A stretch of DNA of 64,000 bases from an uncultured delta proteobacterium (GCA_963752595.1 CAVVYZ010000009.1:128001-192000), one strand, 5' to 3'. Shown: positions 11,503 to 22,648, numbered from the stretch's first letter. Notes: a model not told the origin generated them from the sequence alone. Numbers and translations: made by a program.

Positions 11503-12453
11503 ATGGCTGTTATCAATTATTCGAAAAAGGAAATTTCTGCAAAAATAGTTTATTATGGACCTTCTCTGTGCGGGAAGACCACCAATATACAATCCATATA
11601 CGCCAGTATAAAACCCGATCAGAAAGGCAAGCTCGTATCTCTCGCTACAGAGGCGGATCGTACGCTCTTCTTCGATTTCCTCCCCATAGAGATCGCTAAT
11701 ATCCGTGGTTTTAAGACGAGGCTTCATTTCTACACCGTTCCGGGGCAGGTTTACTATAATTCAACCCGGAGAGCTGTTCTTACCGGCGTTGACGGACTTG
11801 TATTTGTGGCCGATTCCCAGCGTGACAAGATGGAAGAAAATGTCGAGAGCCTTGCGAACCTTGAGGAAAATCTCAATTATTACGGCAAGAGCCTCAAAAC
11901 CCTGCCGCTGGTTATCCAGTATAACAAGCGGGATATCCACGATGCCACTCCTATCAACGAGATGGAGCAAATCCTCAATCCGAACAATTATCCATATTCC
12001 GAGGCGGTCGCCACTACCGGCGAGGGGGTACTCCAGACGCTTACCAAGATTACGAAAATGGTACTCCAGCATATCGAAATGGGAACGAGCGGCAGGACAC
12101 AGCAGCGAAAAACAGAGCCTTCTCCGGAAAGGGAGCGGATAGCTGTCGAACCGCCGATGCATTCGAATAAGCATCAAACACCTCATCGTGAACCGGTGCA
12201 GAGACATGAAGCGCCGGATTTGGAGAGGGCCGCACCCGTTCAGGAAAGGCCCGGTCAAAGACTGCCCGAAGTATCCTTCTCAGGGTCTCCTGAATTTGCA
12301 GGAGGCCGCATTCAGATCGTAGGCACAGAAAGTGCAAAGATTATCTCCGTGAATGCGATAAGTATCCCATTACATTTGAAAATAGAAGGTGACGAGAGGA
12401 TATATACCTTGGATTTGGCCATCAAGCTGGACAAGCTACTCCCAGAGGAGTAA
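11503..12453 (+). CDS. mglA: MglA-family small Ras-like GTPase with C-terminal extension
   Basis: KIVYYGPSLCGKTTN, DRTLFFDFLP (R53), YTVPGQ (Q82), NKRD; GGAGG RBS. Confidence 0.93.
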   Translation: MAVINYSKKEISAKIVYYGPSLCGKTTNIQSIYASIKPDQKGKLVSLATEADRTLFFDFLPIEIANIRGFKTRLHFYTVPGQVYYNSTRRAVLTGVDGLVFVADSQRDKMEENVESLANLEENLNYYGKSLKTLPLVIQYNKRDIHDATPINEMEQILNPNNYPYSEAVATTGEGVLQTLTKITKMVLQHIEMGTSGRTQQRKTEPSPERERIAVEPPMHSNKHQTPHREPVQRHEAPDLERAAPVQERPGQRLPEVSFSGSPEFAGGRIQIVGTESAKIISVNAISIPLHLKIEGDERIYTLDLAIKLDKLLPEE

Positions 12454-12457
12454 CGGT

Positions 12458-13957
12458 GTGTTCGAATTGTCTACAATTGCAGGCTTGCTGCCAATATCTC
12501 AAAAAGCGCTTTACGCCTATTGGCCGTTCGTAGCAACACTCATTGGAAACGGATATTTTTTTGTCGTTACCACAACACTTGTAACACTCTTTCTCGTAGG
12601 CTTATGCCTTATTGCAAAGTATGCTCCCAACTTCCTCAATGACCTGAAAACCAAGACGAACAACGAGATCCCATCTATGGCCCTCATCTCTTGGATCGTG
12701 CTGGTCCTTGCCTTCCCAATATTTTTCGATGCAGGGCCTTTATGGTTCGTGCTCTGGTGGTTCATAGTCCTGTGGGGATATCTGAATGTCTTTGAGAAAC
12801 GGATAGCCTTTGTATTCATATCGATCATCTTCATGTCGAGCTGGCTTGCCCATGTCGGCGCCGGATTTCTCACCTATGCCGAAACACACGTAAACAGAGA
12901 GATCTTCACTGTCGATCATTCCATCGCATCCGCCAAAGATACTGTCGCCATTGCGGACTGGGTTCAGAATAATCCTGCCGATGCAGAGCCTATGAACATC
13001 CAGGCAATCACGGAAATACGGAAGGGAAACTATAGTGCAGCAGGGGCCTTGCTGAACAAGGGATTGGATCTCGAACCCAATAACAGCAGGTACTATAATC
13101 ATTTGGGTATCTCTCTCGCCAACACAGGCAGGAACAGCGAGGCCATCATGGCTTTTCAGAATGCAGTGGCATTGAAACCGAACAACATCATCTACCATTA
13201 CAACTTGAGCAGACTCTACCAGGCTACCTTCAATTTTTACGAAGCTGAACGCTCTGTCCAGAAGGCGAGCAGCATAGATCCCGAGATGGTGCGAAATCTT
13301 CTCGATCAGGAAGAGAAAGCAAAGGTCAAGAAAAAAAGTTACATCATTGAACATGTCCCCCTCATAAATCAACTTGCACGCCAGATGAAGCCATCCGGAG
13401 ATCTCAACAGGACAGCCGATGCCCTGTGGGATTTTGCCTTTGGTATTTTCGAAAGGGGCATGGCCATTTACATCAGCGTTGCAGTCGTTCTGATTATATT
13501 TTTCATTGGGCATATCCCTGAAGAAAAGTTCACGAAGCGCTGTCACCGGTGCGGCAACCTCTATTATTCGGGCACGACCTCCAAATCCGGGTATCCCATG
13601 TGCCTTCAGTGCCATTGGATAGAGACAAAACCCAAGAATAAGATGAACACCATCCTGGCGAACAAGGCAGAAGAAATCAAAAGCCACCGCACCAGGAGCG
13701 CATCGCATGCATCCAAGCTGGAGTTCATTCTCCCGGGCTTGGGGTCTTTTATTGCAAACAGACCGCTGAAAGCCGTTGTAAGGCTTACCTTGTTCTGTTC
13801 GTCGTTGATTTTAATCATTACGGGCTTCAGGTTTATCTACTCTTTCGTCCCTGCAGGGGTTGACTTTACCGGATATGCACGGACTGCCGGCGTCCTCATG
13901 GCCGGGTTCCTTTACTGGAGATCGTATAAGTCACCTCCGGCGAAATACGGGGTATAG
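12458..13957 (+). CDS. Membrane protein with TPR repeats and CxxC...CxxC zinc finger
   Basis: Several N-terminal TM helices, TPRs (YYNHLGISL, HYNLSRLY), CHRC...CLQC, C-terminal TMs; GTG start inferred. Confidence 0.8.
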   Translation: MFELSTIAGLLPISQKALYAYWPFVATLIGNGYFFVVTTTLVTLFLVGLCLIAKYAPNFLNDLKTKTNNEIPSMALISWIVLVLAFPIFFDAGPLWFVLWWFIVLWGYLNVFEKRIAFVFISIIFMSSWLAHVGAGFLTYAETHVNREIFTVDHSIASAKDTVAIADWVQNNPADAEPMNIQAITEIRKGNYSAAGALLNKGLDLEPNNSRYYNHLGISLANTGRNSEAIMAFQNAVALKPNNIIYHYNLSRLYQATFNFYEAERSVQKASSIDPEMVRNLLDQEEKAKVKKKSYIIEHVPLINQLARQMKPSGDLNRTADALWDFAFGIFERGMAIYISVAVVLIIFFIGHIPEEKFTKRCHRCGNLYYSGTTSKSGYPMCLQCHWIETKPKNKMNTILANKAEEIKSHRTRSASHASKLEFILPGLGSFIANRPLKAVVRLTLFCSSLILIITGFRFIYSFVPAGVDFTGYARTAGVLMAGFLYWRSYKSPPAKYGV

Positions 13958-13961
13958 CGGT

Positions 13962-14951
13962 ATGGCGTTGCTCGGAACACTCAAAGGTTTTGGCGTAACT
14001 GAGATATTCCAGCTCATCTCACAGCAGATGAAGACAGGAACCCTGATCCTCGCCTCCTCCAAGGCATCCATATCGCTTGTATTCGACAATGGGACAATCC
14101 AGGGGATCAAATCCGACCAATGGGAGATAGACCCCCGTGCAGACCTGCTTCTCAAGGGGGGATTCATCTATGAGAAGGATTTCAGGACTGCCTTTGAGCA
14201 TGAAAAAAAGAATTCTCACAAGTGGTTTGATATACTCATCAACCAGGGAAAGCTCAAGAAAACCTTCCTGGAGAGAGCCACCAATGTAGTCATCAAGACC
14301 ATTCTTCTGGATATCTTTCAGTGGAAAGAAGGCAGTTATAAGTTTGAAGACTGGGAAGTCGATGCTGAGGGCGTTCTCCCCTGCCATGTCCCGACCGAAG
14401 GGGTTATCCTTGATACCTTGCGGGTCATCGACGAGTGGCCGATCATCAAGCAGAAGATCCCTCCTGTTGATTATAGCCCGGTCACGATCATGCCTCTTAC
14501 CGAGGATATCGTAAAGAAGTATCACCTTGGCGCTATTGAAATGCACATTTTCGATCTCATCGATGAGAAAAGCACGGTACAGAACATCATCCGGCAGTCC
14601 CTGGAACCGCCTTTCGAGGCATTGAGCGCCCTCGTCAGACTCATCGATTGCGGACTCGTGGAGGTCTTTCCCCAAGGAACCGTGGAAACACGCGATTCAT
14701 CTATTGCGAAACGTGTATTCCTGCTGAAACTGAAGAAGGTGTCCTCCTTCATTCTGCTTGCAATTACAGTTGCAGTTCTCTTTCTGATCGGACAGCCAAG
14801 ATTCCTGCAGGGGAACTTCGTCCCTGATGAGGTCATGTTTTACATACGGAATCAAAAGGCAATGGCTCAGGATTTTGCCCGGCAGGAGATATGGCTTTCA
14901 AAGCTAAGTACAGATACTGATACCCGTTCGTCCTCATCTTCACGGGAGTAA
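13962..14951 (+). CDS. DUF4388 (PatA-N-like) domain protein with C-terminal TM helix
   Basis: MALLGTLKGFGVTEIFQLISQQMKTGTL...FQWKEGSYKF...LRVIDEW. Confidence 0.88.
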   Translation: MALLGTLKGFGVTEIFQLISQQMKTGTLILASSKASISLVFDNGTIQGIKSDQWEIDPRADLLLKGGFIYEKDFRTAFEHEKKNSHKWFDILINQGKLKKTFLERATNVVIKTILLDIFQWKEGSYKFEDWEVDAEGVLPCHVPTEGVILDTLRVIDEWPIIKQKIPPVDYSPVTIMPLTEDIVKKYHLGAIEMHIFDLIDEKSTVQNIIRQSLEPPFEALSALVRLIDCGLVEVFPQGTVETRDSSIAKRVFLLKLKKVSSFILLAITVAVLFLIGQPRFLQGNFVPDEVMFYIRNQKAMAQDFARQEIWLSKLSTDTDTRSSSSSRE

Positions 14952-16572
14952 AAGCAACATCGACATACCGTGTCAATTGCTGTGAATTCTCATCGATTGT
15001 GAATCTCAAAGTATGGAATACTCTGTTTGAATGCTTCAGGATCAGTTTGCACTGGGCCTTGGTATACTTTTTCATACCGACTATTTCCATGGATGGGATC
15101 ATGAATACCGGTTCCGGATTTCCCTCTCCGAAAGGGGCAAGCATCTCCAGTTCTTCCAGAAGCACCGGCGTGATATCCAAGGGAGAAACTTTCAGGTCCA
15201 CCTCAAAACTCTTCACCTGCTCTTCCTTGGCTGCCAGCACCCCGTCAAGGGCGCGTGCAAAGGTAAGGATCCTGCTCTCATCGATATTGAGGCCGACAGC
15301 CATCTTGTGGCCTCCGAAACCGTTCAAGTCATCGGAGACCCTGGAGATGGCTGTGTGCAGATCTATCCCTGTGACGGACCTCCCTGAACCGATTCCTATA
15401 CCATCAAGTACGGATATAACGATGGCAGGCTTTGAAAAGATGGATGTAAGCCGCGATGCGACAATCCCTATCACGCCTGTGTGCCAGTTCGCCCCTGCCA
15501 CTACGATAACGTTGTTGAGTGGGGCATCGCTTTCCAGCCGGCTTAAAACCTCGGTGAGAACCTGCTGTTCCTCCATCTGCCTGAACCGGTTGAGCTGATT
15601 GAGCTCCAGCGCCAGATTCTGCGCTACGACTTCATCTTCCGTGATCAGAAGCTCGAAGGCCTTTTTCGCGTCTGAAAGCCTGCCTGCGGCGTTGATTCTC
15701 GGCCCCAGAATGTACCCGACATCCCGGGAAAAGAGCTCTCTGTTGAGCCCTGATACCTTGATCAGAGCAGCAAGTCCTATTCTTCCGGATGTATTCAGGA
15801 TATTCAGGCCTTCTTTTACCAGAATGCGGTTTACACCCGACAAGGAAACTGCATCCGCAATGGTAGCCATGGCAACGAGATCGAGCTCATCCTTGAGATT
15901 CGGTAGGCAGTCAATGCCCTGCCGCCTCAAGCACGACCTCAGGGCTATGATAAGATGAAAGACAACCCCTGCACCGCAGAGATCCTCCCCGGAAAAGGGG
16001 CAATCGGCCTGTTTTGGATTGAGAATGCAGTATGCATCGGGAGTCGATTCTCCCAACACGTGATGATCCGTGATGATGACATCCATGCCGAGACTCTTCG
16101 CATGGGCCACCTCCTGGACAGAGGTGACGCCGCAGTCTGCGGTAATCAGGAGGCTTACGCCCTTTCCTTTCAGTTCATCGATGCCCCGGGTATTCAGACC
16201 GTATCCGTCACTGACGCGATCGGGGATGAACAATTCCGGCGGACTGCATCCGACATTGGTGAGGAAACGCTGGATCAGCGCTGCACTGCATACGCCGTCC
16301 ACATCGTAGTCGGTAAATATCCCGATGAGCTCGCTTTTTTTAATTGCGGCCAGAATCCGCTCGCAGGCACGTTCCATGTTTTTCATATCCTGCGGGTTCT
16401 TCAGCTGGCCGAGGTTCGGGATCAGGAAACTCAAGGCATCGCGGGAGCTATCCAATCCGCGGATTCTCATCAGGGACCTGAAGGTCGGTGTGAATTTAAG
16501 ATCGGACAGCGCATTATGGTCTATATGCCCTTTGATAATCCACTCGCGAGAGAAGCAAACCATACGCCGCAC
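14833..16572 (-). CDS. recJ: Single-stranded DNA exonuclease RecJ
   Basis: DYDVDG, GYGL, ITADCG, ITDHH, GPRINAAGR, GSGRS, GGHKMAVG. Confidence 0.96.
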   Translation of the reverse strand: MRRMVCFSREWIIKGHIDHNALSDLKFTPTFRSLMRIRGLDSSRDALSFLIPNLGQLKNPQDMKNMERACERILAAIKKSELIGIFTDYDVDGVCSAALIQRFLTNVGCSPPELFIPDRVSDGYGLNTRGIDELKGKGVSLLITADCGVTSVQEVAHAKSLGMDVIITDHHVLGESTPDAYCILNPKQADCPFSGEDLCGAGVVFHLIIALRSCLRRQGIDCLPNLKDELDLVAMATIADAVSLSGVNRILVKEGLNILNTSGRIGLAALIKVSGLNRELFSRDVGYILGPRINAAGRLSDAKKAFELLITEDEVVAQNLALELNQLNRFRQMEEQQVLTEVLSRLESDAPLNNVIVVAGANWHTGVIGIVASRLTSIFSKPAIVISVLDGIGIGSGRSVTGIDLHTAISRVSDDLNGFGGHKMAVGLNIDESRILTFARALDGVLAAKEEQVKSFEVDLKVSPLDITPVLLEELEMLAPFGEGNPEPVFMIPSMEIVGMKKYTKAQCKLILKHSNRVFHTLRFTIDENSQQLTRYVDVAFTPVKMRTNGYQYLYLALKAISPAGQNPEPLPFDSVCKT

Positions 16573-16620
16573 CTTAGCGCCGGGAATTCAATTAGTCAAG
16601 CTGTGACGAGCAGACGCTTT

Positions 16621-17385
16621 TCAGGCTTCCGATAAGTACCTGCCAAGAACTTCCTTCGTTTCGAGCATATCCTGCGGTTTCACCTCCATGGTGATCGACG
16701 AACTGTATCCCCTCGAGCCCAACTCTTTCAAAATTCCCGGATAATCTATGATACCCCGGCCCAGGGAAAGGTGCTGATCGTCTTTGACGCTTGTCCCCCC
16801 GTGATTGTCATGGACATGGATATGGGCTATCTTCTCGAACGCATGGCGCATGAACCCGTAAGAGGTATTTTCCCTTGAGAGAAGCTGGCCATGCCCGATA
16901 TCCAGGGTCATCTTCAAAGACGGTATCGCTTCAAACGCCATGCGGAAGCTCTCGAAACGCTCGCTTAAGTTTTCGATGCACAGAACGATGCCCTGCTCCT
17001 CTGCATAATCGGCCATGCCCTTCAAAAGATGGATTTTCTTCTCGATAAGCTCTCTATCGGCCCACCGCTTGTCTATCCAGAAATGGATCGTTCCTTTCGA
17101 GATTTCGAGCTCTCTGGACAGATCGAGAAGCCTTTTGATCTTGGGAACGAAATCTTCCTTCAGAGATTCGGCATCAAAGGGGTTCCCTTCATTGGGGTAG
17201 TGTGCCAGGTATGTTATTCCGAAACGGTCCTTCAGGGATTGTAAGGTATCGAGTTCTTTTTCCACCTCACTTGGTTCATTGAGGGAGATTTCCGCAAAAG
17301 GGAGACCCAGATCGGATACCTCTTCGACCTGTGTTACAGTGTGCGCCCTGCCGCCGATAATCAACCTGTCCATTGAAAGCTTCAT
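16621..17385 (-). CDS. Sugar phosphate isomerase/epimerase (AP endonuclease 2 TIM barrel) family protein
   Basis: LCIENL, TLDIGH, HIHVHDN, DQHLSLGRGIID, ITMEV metal ligands. Confidence 0.85.
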   Translation of the reverse strand: MKLSMDRLIIGGRAHTVTQVEEVSDLGLPFAEISLNEPSEVEKELDTLQSLKDRFGITYLAHYPNEGNPFDAESLKEDFVPKIKRLLDLSRELEISKGTIHFWIDKRWADRELIEKKIHLLKGMADYAEEQGIVLCIENLSERFESFRMAFEAIPSLKMTLDIGHGQLLSRENTSYGFMRHAFEKIAHIHVHDNHGGTSVKDDQHLSLGRGIIDYPGILKELGSRGYSSSITMEVKPQDMLETKEVLGRYLSEA

Positions 17386-17407
17386 TTCTTTCCCCCCTGC
17401 GGGAATT

Positions 17408-18004
17408 TCATTCCCTTCCTTCAGCCGTATCCCTGGATCCATCTCTATGAGACCCTATCCGGTAGAAATAAACCGGATCATTGAATATCCGGTGGCTGCT
17501 CTTCAGCACTTTCTCGGGCTTCCACCCGGGAATTACAAAATTCGCACTGATCACCAGGGCTCCCCTTTTCAGCTCCTGATCCAGCTTCTTCCCAAGCCTC
17601 GGCATGATATCGGGGAACAGGTAGCAGAACGTGCAATCGGCACTGCTCAAATCCACATCCCAGAAACTTCTGTACGCCACTGTAGATCTCAGACGGAGGA
17701 GCAGGATCTTCAGCCGGCAGACGGCATATGCGATGGGATTGATCTCATAGCCGGTCACCGTCCGTCCGTACCTCTCTTCTACCGCTGCCATGAATCTTCC
17801 ATCTCCTGATCCGAGCTCACGTATATCCAGAAAGCCTGAGAAATCCACGGAACCGGCAATCATCTTTACCATAACCTTTGGTGTGGGAACGAACATGGCT
17901 CCGCCGGTCTTGTGATGAACGGCAAAGATGACGATCGAGAAGAGGAACAGGCTGCAGAATATAAGCAGTGCTATGATAATGACAGCCTTAAGGATGATCT
18001 CCAT
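17408..18004 (-). CDS. Membrane-anchored class I SAM-dependent methyltransferase
   Basis: N-terminal TM, GAMFVPT, ELGSGDGR, GYEINP, FCYLFP. Confidence 0.88.
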   Translation of the reverse strand: MEIILKAVIIIALLIFCSLFLFSIVIFAVHHKTGGAMFVPTPKVMVKMIAGSVDFSGFLDIRELGSGDGRFMAAVEERYGRTVTGYEINPIAYAVCRLKILLLRLRSTVAYRSFWDVDLSSADCTFCYLFPDIMPRLGKKLDQELKRGALVISANFVIPGWKPEKVLKSSHRIFNDPVYFYRIGSHRDGSRDTAEGRE

Positions 18005-18173
18005 CTCCTACCTCATACCTTCTTCTGATGCATCTTTCCCGGACAGATCCACGATAGGGGCATGGATATTGCCGGCGCAGAAAATCATACCCCCTTCGTC
18101 ATATACAAGCAGCAAACCCTCTTGGCGGGGAAAAGCCTCCGCCCGGGTACGGGATGAGGGACGCCAAAGATCA

Positions 18174-19523
18174 TCAGGATAGTTCATTTCTGCGGTCGTG
18201 TTCAGGAGAAGGCTTGACAATGAGCTCCAATCCGTCCAGTTCCACGACTTCGACCTGATCATCTGGAATAAGCCCTGCCGGACCCTTTGCATTCCAGTAC
18301 TCGCCGTGGCAGAAGACCTTGCCCTTGCCTTCGGCACCCCAGGAATACACAATTGCTTTCTCGCCGATGAGGCCCTGCCTTCCGCTGACTGGTGATTGAC
18401 GGTGTGTTTTTATGACCAGGTACAGGACCGAGACAAAGAAGGCGGCGAAGAAGAGGGTAACAGGAAGGATAATGCTCAAGGAAACCTGTTCATAAAGCTC
18501 CTGGTTCCTGAACAGGAGTACCGAGCCCAGCACCATGGAGACTATCCCCCCACCGTGAGCATGCCGTAGCTGGGCACCTTGATCTCGGCAATAAACATGA
18601 TCATCGCCAAGGAGAATGAGCGCTACGCCCGCAAATTGACCGGTAGCGTCTGAAAGGCAAAGAATGCGAGGATCAGGGATATCCCTCCGATAACCCCGGG
18701 AAGAATGGCACCCGGGCTGGCGAGCTCGAAGAATATGCCTGCCATGACCGATGAGCATGAGGATATAGGCGATATTGGGATTGGAAATCGCCGCAAGAAG
18801 CCGATACCTAAACCCCATGGGCTCGACACCAGGCATGGCACCTTTGGTCTTGAGCCCGAAGGGCTGCTGTTTTTCTTGACCTTTTGCCCGTCGAGCTGTT
18901 CAGAAGATCATTCATATTCTGTGCGACGATATCGATAACCTTCAATTGCAACGCCTCCTGCGCAGGGGTGGAAACGCTCTTTACGACCGCATTCTCGGCC
19001 CACTGTTCGTTCCTTCCCCGCTCCCGCGCAATGCTCCGCGCATAGGCAACGGCATCGTTGGTGACCTTTTCCACCATGGTCTTGCCTTGCCTTTCTCTTC
19101 TCCTATGCCCGGACCTACACCGACCGGATGCGCAGCGCCGATGTTCGTCCCCGGGGCCATGGCAGCGATATCCGAAGCCAGGGTAATGAGTCGCACCGGC
19201 AGAAGCTGCCCGGGCCCCTGCGGGTGATACATAGACGATCACCGGGATATTGGCGTTCATCTCCTTCTGCACGATATCCCGCATGGCGGTATCCAGACCC
19301 CCCGGGAGTGTCCATCCGGATGATGATTGCCTTTTTTTGGGTGATACGGCATTGTCGATATTTTCGATGAATGAAAGAGGCGATGGGAGGGGTGATGGCA
19401 TCCTTCACATCGATCACCAGAATATCGCGATGCCTGAGGAATAGCAGGAGCAATCAGCAGCGCCATCCAGAAGGAAAACAGGACTTTCCCTATTTTGGCA
19501 GAGAAATATTGAGGTATGTCCAT
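18174..19523 (-). CDS. nfeD: NfeD-family membrane protease, split by several frameshifts
   Basis: Pieces in alternating frames: MDTPGG(L)[62 protein letters not shown]. Confidence 0.85.
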
Positions 19524-20160
19524 TACCTTTTTTATATCTTCCCATACGTCCCTCTTCTTTGCCGGATTATGGAGCAGATAACTCGGGTGATAGGTAGGCA
19601 TCACCTTGATGCCTTGGTAATCATAAAAATTACCCCGGAGCGCACTGATGGAGGTTTCGGTGTTCAGAATCGTCTGGGCTGCAATTTTACCCAGGGCGAT
19701 GATCACTTTCGGCTCTATGACCTTGATCTGCTCATCAAGAAAACCGATGCATTCCCGGATTTCCTCGGGCAGTGGGTCCCTGTTGCCCGGGAGGTCTGCA
19801 TTTGGTGATATTTGCGATGTAGACGTCCTGACGTGTCAGGCCCATCCCCTTCTCGATGATATCGGTAAGCAACTTCCCGGCAGGGCCGACAAAGGGCCTT
19901 CCGGTCTGGTCTTCAACAGCACCGGGGGCCTCGCCGATGAACATGATGTCGGCGTCATGATTGCCTTCTCCGAATACGATATTCTTTGCCGTCTTGCACA
20001 GCGGGCAGCAGTTGCATTTCTCCAGGCGCGCTCGTATTGCCTCTAGTGCCTTTTCCTTTGAAACAGCTTCCGGCATGGCCTGCACCTCGCGGGGATGCAT
20101 GAGGAATCGGCCGGTCCACAGCATTTCCTCACGCAGCATTTGGATGATGAGGTCATTCAC
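19490..20160 (-). CDS. Uracil-DNA glycosylase family 4, frameshifted
   Basis: [34 protein letters not shown], then TYHPSYLL in the next frame; end approximate. Confidence 0.9.
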
Positions 20161-21369
20161 ACCCTTTCCCTTACGAAATCGAGAATTTTATGTGCCAGTG
20201 CTTCTTTTTCCAATCGTTCAAAGGTATACAGTATCCCGCCGGGGACTATGATGATACCTGAATTGGTATCCGATCCGAAACCGCTTCCCGTTTCTCCCAC
20301 CCTGTTGGCCACGATCATATCAAGCCCTTTGGTAATGAGCTTGTTCCGGGCTGATTCGCTTAAGTTCTCGGTCTCTGCGGCAAAACCCACAAAAAACTTG
20401 TCATTTTTCAAGGGCTTTATGGTTGAGAGGATATCATGGGTTTGTTTGAGTTCGATGGAGCGATCTTATCGCCCTTTTTTATCTTGGATTCACGATACCG
20501 GGCCGGTGTATAGTCGGCCACAGCGGCTGCCATGATGAGCACATCGGCCTCTTCGAGACTCTCTATGACTGCGGAAAGCATCTGCTCTGCAGATCGGACC
20601 ATTACCACCTGAGCCCAGGGCGCATAATCCATGGCCACAGGCCCGCTGATAACCTTCGTGGCAGCTCCTCTCACACATGCAGCTTCCACGAGAGTTGCCC
20701 CCATCTTCCGGTTGAGCGGTTCGTGATGAAACGCACCGGATCAATGTCTTCGCAGGTGGGCCCGCAGGTGATGACAATGGAGATTCCGGAGAGGTCTTTC
20801 TGATAAAGGTGCTTCTTTGCCTCGGCAACGATCCTGTCGGGTTCGGGCAGCCGCCCTGCCCCTTCCCATCCGCATGCGAGCTCTCCGGCTGCAGGTTCAA
20901 GGATGTGCACCCCTCTCTCCTTGAGTATTTCGATATTCTTCCGGGTTGCAGGGTGGCTGTACATATTTACATTCATTGAAGGGCAAACGAGGATGGGCGC
21001 TTTCGTGGCCAGGACAATGCATGAAAGCAGATCATCCGCTATCCCGGATGCCATCTTTGCAATAAAATCTGCCGTTGCCGGGGCGATGAGAAGAAGATCC
21101 GCCCGGTCGGCCAGTGCGATGTGCTCCACCTCGTGGGCATCGGAGGGTATAACAGGAAAGAGCTCAGTGCATACAGCCCGGCCGGAGACCGTCTGCAGGG
21201 AGAGCGGCGTTACAAAATGCGAGGCAGCTTCGGTCATGACGGCATGCACATCCATACCTAAAGCCTTCAGCCCCCGAATGACAAGAGGGGCCTTATAGGC
21301 TGCAATGCCGCCGGTAATCCCGTAAACGACCGTGTGGCAGGCTAGATCTTCTCCTGAGGTACTACCCAT
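20157..21369 (-). CDS. coaBC: Bifunctional phosphopantothenoylcysteine decarboxylase/ligase, frameshifted
   Basis: GITGGIAAYK, PSMNVNM, LACGWEGAGR, IDPVRFITNRSTG, MAAAVADY, VGFAAET across three frames. Confidence 0.93.
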
Positions 21370-21772
21370 ATCTCCACCCAAGTCCTGAGAGGGTCTTCCG
21401 TGATGAGGACGGATGAAAACCTTTCGCTTTTCTTGAAAAAGAGCTTTATCGCCCCCTGATACTTATATTGATTCATCATGGCCCATCCATCGGAATTCAT
21501 CGATGTGATGAAAAACTGGGCAAGGATTCCGCATAGACCCGTCCCGTAAGGACGAGCCTTCCATGCCCGTTTATAATATAGCTTTCCTTCGACACCATGC
21601 TCCAAGTCTCCGGGGATGAGGATATCCCCGAAATCTAAGTACCGGGGCGACGATTGCGCATTCCTGTGGAAGCAGGGGAACCGTTCAGCGTTTCCTGCAG
21701 CTTCGCACAACCGGGCAACAAAAGGATACCCACCATAACTACCACGAACATACAGACGTACAGCTTCTTCAT
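21342..21772 (-). CDS. Conserved hypothetical lipoprotein, frameshifted
   Basis: Signal MKKLYVCMFVVVMVGILLLPGC, then YLDFGDILIP...FFITSMNSDGW...VEIWVVP in other frames. Confidence 0.6.
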
Positions 21773-21784
21773 ATCATCTCCCCC

Positions 21785-22416
21785 CTACAGGAATGGGTTA
21801 TGCCTGCGTTCAAACCCGATAGTGGTTGCAGGCCCGTGACCCGTAAGAACCTTAACATCATCACCAAGAGGAATCAATTTGGTCTTTATTGAATTGATAA
21901 GGGTATGGTAATCGCCCCCGGGAAGATCCGTCCTTCCTATGGAGCCTGAAAACAGGGTGTCTCCGGCGAAGCAGTATTTTCCATCCGCTGTAACGAGTGA
22001 AATCCCCCCCGGCGAATGTCCCGGTGTCTCGATGACCGTGAGCATAAGTTTTCCAAACACAACCTGATCCCCTTCGGCGAGGAACCGGTCGGGTTCAGGT
22101 GGAGTGGCTAATGCTGATCCCGAAAAGCCTGCCCATTTTCGATGCGGCTTTCAGAATCAGGAAGCTCTGCCTCGTGGAGCATAAGATCCGACGAGAAGGC
22201 ATCCTTGATGTCTTTCAATGCGCCGATGTGGTCGACATGGGCATGGGTGTTCACCGCAGCAACAACGTTCCAACACCCATCTTCTCCACCTCCTGCACGA
22301 TTTTTTTCCCTTCGCCCCCGGGATCGATAACGATTGCCATCCATGGTGGATTCATCAGCAACGATAAAACAGTTGGTCATGAACTCAGTGACCACAATCG
22401 TATTCAATAACATCAT
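21785..22416 (-). CDS. MBL-fold metallo-hydrolase (glyoxalase II-like), frameshifted
   Basis: THAHVDHIG, TPGHSPG, GDTLFSGSIGRTDLPGG, GHGPATT. Confidence 0.9.
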
Positions 22417-22648
22417 GCCCCCCTGATCACTTCGAGGAAGAGTTCACCCTCAAGATGATCCTCAACAATTTCTTAGAGAACAGAATAATATACAGAAGAG
22501 GTTATTGGTCAACTGAGACCATCGCTTCTTACCGGTTCAGTCAGATTGATTTATCAGGAAACATTTTTGGTGACGTAAAATTGGAAGGATCATAATATTG
22601 TGGGCAGATAAAGTTTTAATCGCAAGATTTCCGATGAACAGTTCTGAG

